This document shows positions 47,686 to 57,872 of a DNA stretch of 63,316 nucleotides, in pieces. The stretch is from Acidimicrobiia bacterium. GTDB taxonomy: Bacteria; Actinomycetota; Acidimicrobiia; Spongiisociales; JAHEDJ01. A program made the position numbers and the translations under genes. Where the stretch lies: contig JARGFH010000016.1 in NCBI GenBank assembly GCA_029210695.1, forward strand, positions 1 to 63,316, written 5' to 3'. Below the pieces are notes generated by a model. It did no database searches and was not told the origin of the DNA. It saw only the letters and a list, made by a program, of their open reading frames with translations. Numbering within the stretch: position 1 is the first letter of the stretch; each line of letters opens with the position of its first letter.

Positions 47686-49122
47686 TCAACCGGTCTTGGC
47701 TCGCTTGGTTTTCTTGGCGGCTGCGATTACGACCCGGGCTTCGCTCTTCTTGTAGTGATCGTCGAGCGGGTAGCACCCTGAGGCCAACCCGATGCGAGGT
47801 CCGGTCGTGCAATCGCTAAAGGTTCGGCAAATGAGTTTTGGTTCCAGTTCGTGCCCGGCCAAGACATCAGCGGGGAGGTGCGGGTAGCTGAGAGCCATCC
47901 TGCCCAAGCCCACCAAGCCGACTCCTCCGGTTCGCACCTGGTATTGAGCCGCGTGGGGGAGCAGTTCCTGCAGGTAGCTGTATCCACTGCCCACCAACAC
48001 CAGATCGGGGTGCGCCCTCGCCAAAGCAGCAGTGGTTTCGACGTGATAGGCAACCTCGGCGAGCGGCTCGCGGGGCGGCAGGTAGCCATCGAGCGCCGGG
48101 TGGTAGGCAGGTCTGATGACATGCGGGTTGTAGTAGGGACTTCCGATCGTGACGCAAACCATCGCCACCCCGAGCTCGGCGCAGAGGTCGAGGAACTGAT
48201 GAGTTTCGCCTAGCGGATTCCCGTCTTCGTCGGGACCGAAGACGAATCCGGGCTCGTCGAGCGGCTGCGGGAAACCGACTCCATCGGGACCCTCGATGTA
48301 TGGCCCTGGGTCGACTGCGCTCAGCCTGACTGCGATGGTGAGGTTCGGCCGTTGGGCTCTCAGCTGTTTCACGACAGAGCGTAGGACCCTGGTGCGTCCT
48401 TCGAATGACCCGCCGTATCTACCGGATCTGGTTCTGGCGCTGAGCAGTTCGTGGAGGAGATATCCGTGGCAGTGCTTGATGTCCACGAAATCAAAGCCGG
48501 CGTCGGCGGCCAGGACTCCCGCCTGGACGTAGACGCCGACCAACTCATCCAATTCGCCATCGCTGAGGACAGAGGCATCGGAAACGGGGACTCGTCCATC
48601 GAGTTGAGTCTGCCGGTAGGCGATCCGCGGAAGGGGCTCACCGAACGGGCGAGACCATCTACCGCTATGGGTCAGCTGCAAGCCGGTGACGAGGTCCGCT
48701 CCATCAAAGTCCCGGGCACGTGCGGCGGCCATCCGGCTGCGCAGTCTGCCCAGGGACTCGGCCGTCCTCTCATTGATCATCAGCTGGTTTGGATTCGCCC
48801 GGCCCTCAGGAACAACGGAGGTGGCTTCACCCCACACCAGGCCCGCCCCGGAGGCGCCGAAGCGCAGCCAGCGGCGCTCGAGATCGGGGGTCGTCATCCC
48901 GTCGGTTGTGGCGTCCCAACCCTCCATCGGGAGGATTGCGAATCGGTTGTCGGCCCGCAGCCGTTGCCCGATGGCCATCGGCTTTGCCAGTGGCCCGTTC
49001 GGGGCGGGTTCCACTGTGGTGTCCAGCTGAAGATCGATGTCTCGTTCCGCCAGATACTCACTCATTGCTTCAGGCGTACCGATCTTCTTCACCTGAGTGA
49101 ACCGTCTCCGCGAGGTCGCCAT
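47686..49122 (-). CDS. NADH:flavin oxidoreductase (old yellow enzyme family)
   Basis: NRFAILPMEG, QLTHSGR, GFDFVDIKHCHGYLLHELLS, YGGSFEGR. Confidence 0.88.
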   Translation of the reverse strand: MATSRRRFTQVKKIGTPEAMSEYLAERDIDLQLDTTVEPAPNGPLAKPMAIGQRLRADNRFAILPMEGWDATTDGMTTPDLERRWLRFGASGAGLVWGEATSVVPEGRANPNQLMINERTAESLGRLRSRMAAARARDFDGADLVTGLQLTHSGRWSRPFGEPLPRIAYRQTQLDGRVPVSDASVLSDGELDELVGVYVQAGVLAADAGFDFVDIKHCHGYLLHELLSARTRSGRYGGSFEGRTRVLRSVVKQLRAQRPNLTIAVRLSAVDPGPYIEGPDGVGFPQPLDEPGFVFGPDEDGNPLGETHQFLDLCAELGVAMVCVTIGSPYYNPHVIRPAYHPALDGYLPPREPLAEVAYHVETTAALARAHPDLVLVGSGYSYLQELLPHAAQYQVRTGGVGLVGLGRMALSYPHLPADVLAGHELEPKLICRTFSDCTTGPRIGLASGCYPLDDHYKKSEARVVIAAAKKTKRAKTG

Positions 49123-49242
49123 TTCACGTCGCTTTCTTGAGGAGCCGCCTTCTCAACCCGGCCGGCTGCAATCCCGGGGAAGAGTAGCTCTCGTCCACGA
49201 CTGCCGACTGGCGGGCGAGAACCCGGGTCCCACTTCTGCCCT

Positions 49243-49301
49243 TGCAATCGTTTGTCGACTGCGATCGTAGGGGGCGATTCTGGGTAGATCAATCGTTTGC
49301 A
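49243..49301. promoter_or_regulatory. Two LacI-type operators in a divergent promoter region
   Basis: TGCAATCGTTTGTC (49243-49256) and ATCAATCGTTTGCA (49288-49301). Confidence 0.72.
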
Positions 49302-49361
49302 TTTGGTGTGGGCGATCCGTAGCCTACCTGCAGTCATACCCGCTCATTGTGGAGGTAGCGC

Positions 49362-50735
49362 ATGGTTCGACGCACGAGATTCCTGACCGTCTTGATGGTG
49401 ATGGCAATGGTGGTTGCTGCCTGCGGGAGCAGCGAAGACACGACCACGACGACCACGGCCGGCACCGCCACGGATACCACGGCCGGCACCGCCACGGATA
49501 CCACGGCCGGCACCGCTCCTTCGGAAGATCCGATCGTGTTCGCCGCCTCGTTGCCGCTTACCGGCGACTTCGCCATCCCGGGCAGCAAGCATGCCGACGG
49601 CTACAAGTACTGCGTTGAGGAAATCAATGCACGCGGCGGGCTTCTCGGACGAGAGGTCGAGCTGATCGTCGAGGACAATCGATCCGACCCAGAAATAGCC
49701 GTTTCGCAGGTGCAGCGTCACATCGACGTCGAGAACGCCGATGCGTTGCTCGGAACGTTCTCCAGCTTGCTCACCTTCCCAGCTTCAACCGTCGCTAATC
49801 AGGCCAACATGGTGTACCCGATCCCATCGGGTGGCGCTCTTCGAATCTGGGAGCGAGGATTCCAAAACATCTTCTACTTCCAGCAGAACGCCGCCGAGTT
49901 GATCGGCTACTCGCCGGTCTCGATGATCGAGTACTACACCGACCAGGGCATCATCGATCCGAAGCCCACTACCGTTGCCATCGTCCACGCCGATGACTTC
50001 TTCGCAGACGCGATTGTCAAGGGGCTGGTTGGTGGTGAGGTCGCCATTCCTGACTCGGATGTCGTTGTGCAGGTCGAAGGTTACCTGGAGCCGGCCGGCA
50101 TCGAGGCCGTATTCGTTGAGCAGTGGCCGGTTCCGTTCACCGATTGGCTGACTCTGGCCAACTCCATGAAGAACAGCGGAGCGGACATGGTGTTCGCAGC
50201 CACCGCGTCGCCGGACGAAGCCATTTCGCTCGTCGATGCTCTCAAGACGGTGCAGTACAACCCGCAGCTGATCTGGATGTCCCAGGGCGCGCAATCCGAG
50301 TTCATTGAGACTCTCGGAGATTCGGCCCAGGGCGTGACCATTCACGCTTCCTGGCACCCGCTCGCCAACTGGGAAGGGATCATCGGCGGAGAGACCTTCA
50401 CCAACCAGGACTTCATCGAAGGTTTCACCGCATCGTTTGGGCGAGCCCCGGACGAGGATGAGGCCATTCCGTTCGCGCTCTGCCAGGGCATCGAACAGGC
50501 CATCATCGGAGTCGGATCGACCGACAACGTCGCGATGGCTGAATGGATGCACGCCCGAACGGCGAGCGATCCGGTCCGAACCGTTCTCGGCGACTTCGTG
50601 TGGGACGAGCGCGGCCTGCCGGTTGACCGCTCACTGATCATGGTGCAGTGGCAGGGCGGCGACCTCAAGTTCGTCTTCCCGGTGGGTGAGTTCGAGGGCA
50701 CAGTTGATCTCATCTACCCGAAGCCGGCTTTCTAG
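49362..50735 (+). CDS. HAAT (Liv-type) ABC substrate-binding lipoprotein
   Basis: Lipobox VAAC, EINARGGLLGREVEL...D; 24-bp repeats encoding a TTAGTATD linker. Confidence 0.9.
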   Translation: MVRRTRFLTVLMVMAMVVAACGSSEDTTTTTTAGTATDTTAGTATDTTAGTAPSEDPIVFAASLPLTGDFAIPGSKHADGYKYCVEEINARGGLLGREVELIVEDNRSDPEIAVSQVQRHIDVENADALLGTFSSLLTFPASTVANQANMVYPIPSGGALRIWERGFQNIFYFQQNAAELIGYSPVSMIEYYTDQGIIDPKPTTVAIVHADDFFADAIVKGLVGGEVAIPDSDVVVQVEGYLEPAGIEAVFVEQWPVPFTDWLTLANSMKNSGADMVFAATASPDEAISLVDALKTVQYNPQLIWMSQGAQSEFIETLGDSAQGVTIHASWHPLANWEGIIGGETFTNQDFIEGFTASFGRAPDEDEAIPFALCQGIEQAIIGVGSTDNVAMAEWMHARTASDPVRTVLGDFVWDERGLPVDRSLIMVQWQGGDLKFVFPVGEFEGTVDLIYPKPAF

Positions 50736-50757
50736 GCCGGCATTGACAAATGACGCA

Positions 50758-50790
50758 GGATGGGGCATCGGCCCAGCCGGTGCCCCATCC
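50758..50790 (+). terminator. Stem-loop after the SBP gene
   Basis: GGATGGGGCATCGG-N5-CCGGTGCCCCATCC. Confidence 0.6.
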
Positions 50791-50897
50791 CCAACTCTTC
50801 GAAGAGGCCATGGGGACCCATCTCTCGAGGAATCTGGAGGTTCACGCGTGAGCGCGTGTCAAGGCAAGACGAGTGTCGGAGGACATTCGTGGGTGTG

Positions 50898-51626
50898 ATG
50901 CTTCAAGCACGAGGTTTGGACAAGAGTTTCGGCGGCATTCGAGCCGTCAACGACTGCAGCTTCGACATTGAAGAAGGCACGATAACCTCCCTGATCGGAC
51001 CGAACGGCGCTGGCAAAACCACCACGTTCAACCTCATCAACAACGTCATCAAAGCTGATTCCGGCTCGGTGAAGTTCGAAGGCGCCAACATCACCAACAA
51101 GATGCCTCACAAGCTCACCCGGCTGGGCATTGGTCGGACGTTCCAGGTCACCAGAGCCCTCGATGACATGACGGTGCTCGAAAACATGGTCGTCGGGTCT
51201 TCGACCGACAATCTGCGGGGGATCATCGGTTCGCGGATGCTGGATTCCGAGATCGAACGAGCCCTCAGCCTGCTCGAATTCGTTGGGATTGAGCAATACG
51301 CCTACTCGCGAGCGGAGTTGCTGTCGTACGGACAGCGCAAACTGCTCGAATTCTCAGCAGTTCTCATGTCCAACCCGCGCCTCGTCATGCTGGACGAGCC
51401 GGCCGGAGGAGTGAATCCGGCTCTATTGGAGAGAATGGTGGACCGAGTCCGCCAATTGAACGGGCAGGGTCTGACCTTCTTCATTGTGGAGCACAACATG
51501 GACCTCGTCATGGATCTGAGCGACTCTGTGATCGTGATGGCCCATGGAGAGGTCCTGATCCATGGGACACCCGAAGAAGTGCAGAATGACGGCCGGGTGC
51601 TCGACGCCTATTTAGGGATGGCGTGA
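50898..51626 (+). CDS. HAAT ABC ATPase (LivG-like)
   Basis: GPNGAGKTT, LSYGQRK, DEPAGG. Confidence 0.9.
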   Translation: MLQARGLDKSFGGIRAVNDCSFDIEEGTITSLIGPNGAGKTTTFNLINNVIKADSGSVKFEGANITNKMPHKLTRLGIGRTFQVTRALDDMTVLENMVVGSSTDNLRGIIGSRMLDSEIERALSLLEFVGIEQYAYSRAELLSYGQRKLLEFSAVLMSNPRLVMLDEPAGGVNPALLERMVDRVRQLNGQGLTFFIVEHNMDLVMDLSDSVIVMAHGEVLIHGTPEEVQNDGRVLDAYLGMA

Positions 51627-51627
51627 C

Positions 51628-52368
51628 ATGCCACCCATTCTCGAGATCACGAACGTCGATGCCGGCTACGGAGCCGGACCGAACATCCTTCAGGGTCTGT
51701 CGCTCAAAGTCGAAGAAGCGAAGTCGTATTGCATCATCGGCCCAAACGGTGCCGGCAAATCAACGCTGCTCAAGGTGATCGCCGGTCTGCTTCCCCCGCG
51801 GTCGGGCGACGTCGTTTTTCGGGGCGAATCGCTGGCAAGGCGAAGGCCTGATCAAATTCTGGCCACCGGAGTGTGCTTCGTCCCCCAGGATCAGGCGCTA
51901 TTCCCCGAGATGACTGTGCGCGAGAACCTGATAATGGGCGGCTATCTGGTCAAAGACCGGGCTCTCATTCGACAGCGGATGAAGCGGGTGTTCGAGATGT
52001 TCTCTATTCTCGAGGAACGAGCGGGCCAGGACGCCGGCAAGCTCTCCGGCGGGCAGCAGCAGATGCTGGCAATGGGCCGAGCCCTCATGATCGACCCCAT
52101 CCTCCTGATGCTCGACGAACCTACTCTCGGGCTGGCACCCCAGGTGGTTGAGCAGATCTTCGCTCAAGTCAGAGAGTTGGAGAGCCTGGGAATCACCGTG
52201 GTGATCGTCGAGCAAAACGCCCAGCGCGGGCTCGAACTCGCCGATTGGGGTGTAGTTCTCGACCTGGGCATCGTCCGCTTCGAAGGCCCGGCAGAAGGGA
52301 TTCTCGAGGACCCCCGGATCCGAGAGCTATACCTCGGAAAAGCAGCGGGCGCCGGAGAAGCGAAATGA
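51628..52368 (+). CDS. HAAT ABC ATPase (LivF-like)
   Basis: GPNGAGKST, LSGGQQQM, DEPTLGLAP, VEQN. Confidence 0.9.
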   Translation: MPPILEITNVDAGYGAGPNILQGLSLKVEEAKSYCIIGPNGAGKSTLLKVIAGLLPPRSGDVVFRGESLARRRPDQILATGVCFVPQDQALFPEMTVRENLIMGGYLVKDRALIRQRMKRVFEMFSILEERAGQDAGKLSGGQQQMLAMGRALMIDPILLMLDEPTLGLAPQVVEQIFAQVRELESLGITVVIVEQNAQRGLELADWGVVLDLGIVRFEGPAEGILEDPRIRELYLGKAAGAGEAK

Positions 52369-53264
52369 CGCATGTGATTCAGGTTGCGATCCTCGGGCTA
52401 CTGCTGGGCGGTGTCTACGCCCTCATGGCGGCCGGTCTGACTCTCGCCTTTGGCGTAATGCGGATCGTCAACCTCGCCCACGCCGTGTTCATCATCGGCG
52501 CCGCCTACATCTCATTCTTCGCCTGGGAGCAGCTCGGCATCGATCCACTTGTATCTGTTTTGTTCGTCATACCTGTGATGTTCCTATTCGGCGTAGCCGT
52601 CTATCAGGTCCTGTTCAGGAGGATCGAAGGAACGGCCAGATATACCGAAATGACCGTGTTACTCACCTTTGGTATTGCACTCACCATCGAAGGCCTCCTC
52701 GGGTTTGCCTTTACCGGTATCTATCGCAAAGCGAGCCCCGGGTACGCCACCGATTCGTTCATCGTCGACGGCTTGTTCTTGCCGGATGGTGACATCCTCT
52801 TCATCCCGAAGGGCCAGCTCTATGCATTGATGACGAGCCTCGTCTTGCTGATCGGGCTGTGGGCATTTCTGCGCTACAGCCAGACGGGCTATGCCATTCG
52901 CGCCACGATGCAGAACCGGGCCGCCGCCCAGATCGTTGGCGTAAACGTGCGCCGGGTGTCTGCGATCTCCTTTGGCTTGTCGGCCGCCCTCGGAGGAGGC
53001 TCCGGAGCCCTGATGAGCTACCTCTTCCCGTTCTTCCCCTTCCGTCATTGGCAATGGGTGGCGGTCCTGTTGGCGCTGGTTGTACTGGGTGGCATGGGGA
53101 GCATCAAGGGAGCCGTCATTGGAGCTCTGGGACTCGGCGTGGCCAGTTCATTCGTAGTTGATCAGATCGGTGCTACCTGGGGTCCGATGACCTTTTATCT
53201 GGCGCTGTTCCTGATTCTGCTCGTCCGGCCGCGCGGATTGTTCGGCAAGGAGTTGGCGGTATGA
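52365..53264 (+). CDS. HAAT ABC permease (LivH-like)
   Basis: GGVYALMAAGLTL, VNLAH, VVLGGMGS. Confidence 0.9.
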   Translation: MTHVIQVAILGLLLGGVYALMAAGLTLAFGVMRIVNLAHAVFIIGAAYISFFAWEQLGIDPLVSVLFVIPVMFLFGVAVYQVLFRRIEGTARYTEMTVLLTFGIALTIEGLLGFAFTGIYRKASPGYATDSFIVDGLFLPDGDILFIPKGQLYALMTSLVLLIGLWAFLRYSQTGYAIRATMQNRAAAQIVGVNVRRVSAISFGLSAALGGGSGALMSYLFPFFPFRHWQWVAVLLALVVLGGMGSIKGAVIGALGLGVASSFVVDQIGATWGPMTFYLALFLILLVRPRGLFGKELAV

Positions 53265-54298
53265 TCGAAGACCGGGCTGCAGCAAGTCCAGAAGACCCAG
53301 TTCCCGAGCCCGGGAGAGTTCAGCCCCCGCCGGGTCCGGCCCGCTATCGCTGGTACGTGTTGGCGGGGCTGCTCATCGCCCTGTTCGCCTTGCCGTTGTT
53401 CCGCCCGATGATCAGCTCTTACAGCTACATCATGACACTTGGCGCGTTGGTCTTCATGTGGGTGGCAATGGCGTCGAGTTGGAACATACTCGGCGGGTTC
53501 GCCGGATACATCTCTCTGGGCCACAGCGTGTTCATGGGCGTGGGCGGCTACGTAGCCGGCGTCTTGCTCTACTACCACAACATCAGCCCGTTCCTGACTG
53601 CAGCCCTCGGAGGTCTGACGGCAGTGGCGCTCGGCTTCCTTGCCGGATTCATCACCTTGAGGACCCGTGGCCCGGCCTTCATCATCTCTACCATCGCGCT
53701 GTTGTTCATGTTCCTTCTCTTGTTTGACAACATCGAATACCTGGGCGGCACAGCCGGCCTCCCTCTGCCCTCTCCGCCCTTCTCTCAGGAATGGCTGCGC
53801 ACCCCGTTCTACTATGCGATGCTCGTAGCCGCGATGGGGTCGGTGTGGCTGTCCTATCGAGTGGCGCACTCGAAGTTCGGCATGGGTCTGCGGGCGATCG
53901 CCGAGGACGAGGTCAAAGCCGAGGTCGCCGGGGTTCCCACCCGTAGCTACAAGATCTCAGCGTTCGCCATCAGCGCGTTCTGGGTAGGAGTCGTCGGGGC
54001 GATCTATGGATACTCGATCGCATTCGTGCGGCCGACCGTGTTCTTCACGGTGGCGATCTCAGCGCAGATGGTTCTGATGGCCATCATTGGCGGAAAGGGC
54101 ACGATCGCCGGGCCTGTGGTCGGTGCGGTCCTCATCTACGCCATCAATGAGCTCTCGCTCATTGTCTTCGGAGCCACTGAGCTCAATATCGTAATTCAAG
54201 GTGGCCTGCTGGTGGCCGTCTTGTTGTTCTTCCCGCTCGGCATCGTGGGAACGCTTCGCAAGAGGAGCTGGCTACCGGCATTTCTCGACTGGGATTGA
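53261..54298 (+). CDS. HAAT ABC permease (LivM-like)
   Basis: WNILGGFAGYISLGH, AIAEDE, IIGGKGT. Confidence 0.9.
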   Translation: MIEDRAAASPEDPVPEPGRVQPPPGPARYRWYVLAGLLIALFALPLFRPMISSYSYIMTLGALVFMWVAMASSWNILGGFAGYISLGHSVFMGVGGYVAGVLLYYHNISPFLTAALGGLTAVALGFLAGFITLRTRGPAFIISTIALLFMFLLLFDNIEYLGGTAGLPLPSPPFSQEWLRTPFYYAMLVAAMGSVWLSYRVAHSKFGMGLRAIAEDEVKAEVAGVPTRSYKISAFAISAFWVGVVGAIYGYSIAFVRPTVFFTVAISAQMVLMAIIGGKGTIAGPVVGAVLIYAINELSLIVFGATELNIVIQGGLLVAVLLFFPLGIVGTLRKRSWLPAFLDWD

Positions 54299-54322
54299 TG
54301 GTTCCGGCCGGGATTCAATCGG

Positions 54323-55423
54323 TCAACGGATCACCCGTGCCCCGGAGGCCCCAATAGCTCGTTCGACTTCAGCCAGGGTGACCATCGACGTGTCTCCCGG
54401 GGTCGTCATTGCGAGGGCTCCGTGGGTGGCTCCGTAGTCGACCGCTTCCGCAGGAGTCTTGCCGGCCAGAAACGCGAACGCCATGCCGGACGCAAACCCG
54501 TCACCCCCGCCGACCCGGTCGTAGATCTCCAGGTTCTCGCGTTGACGTGCGACATGAAGCTCGCCATCGGCGTAGAGCACTGCGGACCAGTCGTTGAGCG
54601 TGGCGGTCTTGGCATTGCGCAGAGTGGTGGCGACCACCTTGAAGTTGGGGTATTGGTCAACCACCGACGCAATCATCCGACCGAAGGCAGTGGGGTCGAG
54701 TTTTGAAAGTGATCCGTCGACGCCCTCAACGGCGAATCCGAGCGAGGCGGTGAAGTCCTCCTCGTTGCCAATCATCACGTCGACCATCGGAGCGATGGCT
54801 CGATTGACCTCGATGGCCCGGTCGCTTCCGCCGTGTGACTCCCACAACGAAGGCCGGTAGTTGAGATCGTACGAAACCACCGTCCCATGTTGCTTGGCCG
54901 CCGTGATCGCCTCGATGACAACTTCGGGGGTCGAGGCAGACAACGCCGCGAAGATCCCGCCGGTGTGAAACCACCGCACCCCTTCCTGACCGAACAGCCG
55001 GTTCCAGTCGATATCCCCCGGTTGCAGTTGTGAGGCGGCGGTGTGCCCGCGATCCGAGGTCCCGAGGGCAGGCCTGATCCCATAACCCCTTTCGGTGAAG
55101 TTGAGACCAACCCGTGACGTACGACCGAGCCCGTCGTAGGGCACCCATTTCAGATGCGAAACGTCCACTCCGCCGGTGAGGATGAGATCCTCCACCAGAT
55201 GCCCGACCTCGTTGTCCACCAGGGCGCTGACCAGAGCAGTGCGGAGGCCAAAGCACTTGCGCAACGCGCGCGCCACGTTGTACTCGCCTCCCCCTTCCCA
55301 GACGCTGAACGACCGGGCGGTCCGCACCCTTCCCGAACCAGGGTCGAATCGCAACATGACCTCACCGAGCGCGGCGGCATCCCAGCGGCACTCATCCCGA
55401 CCTTTCAACTCCAGTGCTGGCAT
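54323..55423 (-). CDS. kdgK: 2-keto-3-deoxygluconate kinase-like PfkB sugar kinase
   Basis: GEVMLR, GGGEYNVA, SYDLNYR, DRVGGGDGF; adjacent to eda. Confidence 0.82.
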   Translation of the reverse strand: MPALELKGRDECRWDAAALGEVMLRFDPGSGRVRTARSFSVWEGGGEYNVARALRKCFGLRTALVSALVDNEVGHLVEDLILTGGVDVSHLKWVPYDGLGRTSRVGLNFTERGYGIRPALGTSDRGHTAASQLQPGDIDWNRLFGQEGVRWFHTGGIFAALSASTPEVVIEAITAAKQHGTVVSYDLNYRPSLWESHGGSDRAIEVNRAIAPMVDVMIGNEEDFTASLGFAVEGVDGSLSKLDPTAFGRMIASVVDQYPNFKVVATTLRNAKTATLNDWSAVLYADGELHVARQRENLEIYDRVGGGDGFASGMAFAFLAGKTPAEAVDYGATHGALAMTTPGDTSMVTLAEVERAIGASGARVIR

Positions 55424-55467
55424 GGGTTCTCTCCTACTCCCGGTGGCCCCAATTCTCCCGATCCGGT

Positions 55468-56136
55468 CTAACGGAGACTCGAAATCGTTGCGATGACATC
55501 GGTGGTTCGCTGTTCAAGAGCGCTCCAATCGCCTGCCTCAACGAGGTCCTTGCTGACCAGTTTGGAGCCTATGCCTACACACGGGACCCCCGCACCGAAC
55601 CACGCGGCTAGTGACTCTTCCGTGACGTCGACGCCGCCCGTGGGCATGAGGAGAGCCCATGGACAAGGTGCGAGGACCGCCTTGACGAAAGCGGGGCCTC
55701 CCACCAAGCCGCCGGGGAATATCTTCACGATTTCACAACCGAGTTCGTGAGCGAGGGCGATTTCGGTCGGCGATGCGCACCCCGGTGAGTAGGCAACCTT
55801 CCGCCGGTTGCACACCTCCGCCACGCGACGGTCGAGGATCGGGCCAACCACGAAGCTGGCCCCAAGGTTGACGTACATTCCGGCGGTCACGTCATCGACC
55901 ACCGAACCAACGCCGAGGATGACCTGCGGATGCTGCTCGGCGCAATGTCGCTCCAGCTCAGAGAACACTTCGAAAGCGTGATCGCCCCGATTCGTGAACT
56001 CGATAAGCCGGGCACCACCGCGGCTCAATGCGTCGACGATCGACCGAGCCGTGTCGATGTCTCCGTGGTTGAATACGGGTACTAGCCCAACCTCGATCAT
56101 CGTGTTGAGCACCGTGAGCCTCGAGAATCTCGCCAT
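55468..56136 (-). CDS. eda: KDPG/KHG aldolase
   Basis: IEFTNR, VKIFPG, LMPTGGV. Confidence 0.9.
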   Translation of the reverse strand: MARFSRLTVLNTMIEVGLVPVFNHGDIDTARSIVDALSRGGARLIEFTNRGDHAFEVFSELERHCAEQHPQVILGVGSVVDDVTAGMYVNLGASFVVGPILDRRVAEVCNRRKVAYSPGCASPTEIALAHELGCEIVKIFPGGLVGGPAFVKAVLAPCPWALLMPTGGVDVTEESLAAWFGAGVPCVGIGSKLVSKDLVEAGDWSALEQRTTDVIATISSLR

Positions 56137-56247
56137 CTTGTCTCCGACCATCCTGATTGATGAATGCCCACCCCGGGCGGGACACGCTGACCTTAGCGAG
56201 GTGGGCTAGATCAAATCCAACACCGAAACGCTCTCTGCTGCCTTCAA

Positions 56248-57099
56248 CTATGCCGGTTGCGAGAGGGGTCCGGAGGTCAGGGCCGCGCGCATAATCGGAC
56301 CAGAGCCCGACACCCCGGTCCAGCGCGCAAAGGCTATCTCGGCCTGAGCAACGAGCATCCCCAATCCGTTGGAGGCCGACAACCCACGAGCCCGGGCCCG
56401 GCGCAGCAGTTCAGATTCCGGCGGGTTGTAGACGAGATCGAACACCACTGCCGCACCGGGGAGTGCCGCCACGTCGAAGGCAACTCCGGGTTCGATCATC
56501 CCGACCGTTGTCGCGTGCACTGCCAGATCTACCTGACCGAGTGCGTCCTCGAATTCGCCGCCGATACCTACAGCTTGCACCGTGTCCCCGTAGGCTGCGG
56601 CGAGGTCGGTGGCTCTCGAAGCGACGAGATCGCAGATGACCACCGAGTCGATACCCGCCGTCACCAACGCATTTACCACTGCCCTGGCCGCACCCCCAGC
56701 ACCGGCCACTGCCGCCCGGAGACCTGAGAACTGAATCTCGAGGGCCGACTCGGCCGCTTGCTGGAAACCAGGGGCGTCGGTATTGAACCCAACCAAAGTG
56801 CCGTCTTCTCGACGGAGGACGCTGTTGACGGCGCCAATCTGCCGGGCGCCTTCCTCGATCGTGTCGAGGTGTTCCATCACCAACCGCTTGTAGGGAGCGG
56901 TTACCTGAAACCCGAACCAGGCGTCGCCGCGTGTCTCTTCGACGAAGCCCGGCACTTCACCGGGCTCTATTTCGCGCAGCTCATACCTGGCATCGATTGA
57001 ATAATGCTGGAAAGCCGCGTTGTGCATGATCTCGGAGTGGCGCCGTTTGAGTGGATGTCCGATCAGAGCAACTAACCGTGTCACGCGATCACTCCTCAT
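56248..57099 (-). CDS. Shikimate/quinate dehydrogenase family protein
   Basis: GHP, VTAPYK, GAVN, GFNTD, GAGGAARA, DLVYNP, GLGMLVAQA. Confidence 0.88.
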   Translation of the reverse strand: MRSDRVTRLVALIGHPLKRRHSEIMHNAAFQHYSIDARYELREIEPGEVPGFVEETRGDAWFGFQVTAPYKRLVMEHLDTIEEGARQIGAVNSVLRREDGTLVGFNTDAPGFQQAAESALEIQFSGLRAAVAGAGGAARAVVNALVTAGIDSVVICDLVASRATDLAAAYGDTVQAVGIGGEFEDALGQVDLAVHATTVGMIEPGVAFDVAALPGAAVVFDLVYNPPESELLRRARARGLSASNGLGMLVAQAEIAFARWTGVSGSGPIMRAALTSGPLSQPA

Positions 57100-57872
57100 C
57101 GGTTCCTGAACTCGGCCGGCCGCTTCTCGATGAACGCGGCCGCCCCTTCCAACATATCCTCGGAGGAGAAGACCCGTTCACTGGCCGCCAGTTCTATCGC
57201 CTGACCCTCAGCAAGTGATCCGTCGAGGGTGGTATTGAGCGCTGCCTTGGCTTCGCGGACTGCCACCGGGCCGCGGGCAGCCATCGTCTCGGCGAGTTCT
57301 CGTGCAACGGCTTCGGCTTGACCGTCCGGCACCACCCGATTGACCAACCCGAACTCGAGCGCAGTATCGGCGTCGATAATTTCACCGAGCAGGATCAGTT
57401 CCTTGGCGCGCGCCAATCCGATGAGTCGCGGTAGTCGCTGGGTCCCGCCGGAGCCCGGCATCACCCCAAGCCTGACCTCCGGCATGCCGAGAAGTGCCGC
57501 TCTCGAGGCCACCCGCAGATCACAGCACAGAGCCAGCTCGAGTCCGCCCCCAAGCGCATTGCCTTCGATAGCTGCGACCGTTGGCACCGGCAGATCGGCC
57601 AGTTGGTTGTAGACGGCGTTCTCCTCGATCAACTTCCCTTCGCCGACACGACCCTGGAGCGACGGGAACTCCTTCACGTCGGAACCAGCCGAGAAGGCTC
57701 GATCACCGGTGCCGGCCAGTACAACTGCCCGGACTTTGCCGTCGGCTGCGATGCGGTGCAGGGCGTCGCTGAGTGCCGCAGTGACTTCCTTGGAAACGAG
57801 GTTGAGCGGTGGGTTGTTCAACCAGATGGTGCCAATGACCCCGGGCTCAACGACGATCAGATCTTCGGTCAC
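57096..57872 (-). CDS. Enoyl-CoA hydratase/isomerase
   Basis: AFSAGSD, ALGGGLE, PEVRLG, GGTQRL. Confidence 0.92.
   Translation of the reverse strand: MTEDLIVVEPGVIGTIWLNNPPLNLVSKEVTAALSDALHRIAADGKVRAVVLAGTGDRAFSAGSDVKEFPSLQGRVGEGKLIEENAVYNQLADLPVPTVAAIEGNALGGGLELALCCDLRVASRAALLGMPEVRLGVMPGSGGTQRLPRLIGLARAKELILLGEIIDADTALEFGLVNRVVPDGQAEAVARELAETMAARGPVAVREAKAALNTTLDGSLAEGQAIELAASERVFSSEDMLEGAAAFIEKRPAEFRNR

Noticed and set aside
49452..49517. 24-bp tandem repeat as a regulatory or mobile repeat
   Set aside because: It is in frame and encodes the Thr-rich linker of a lipoprotein.
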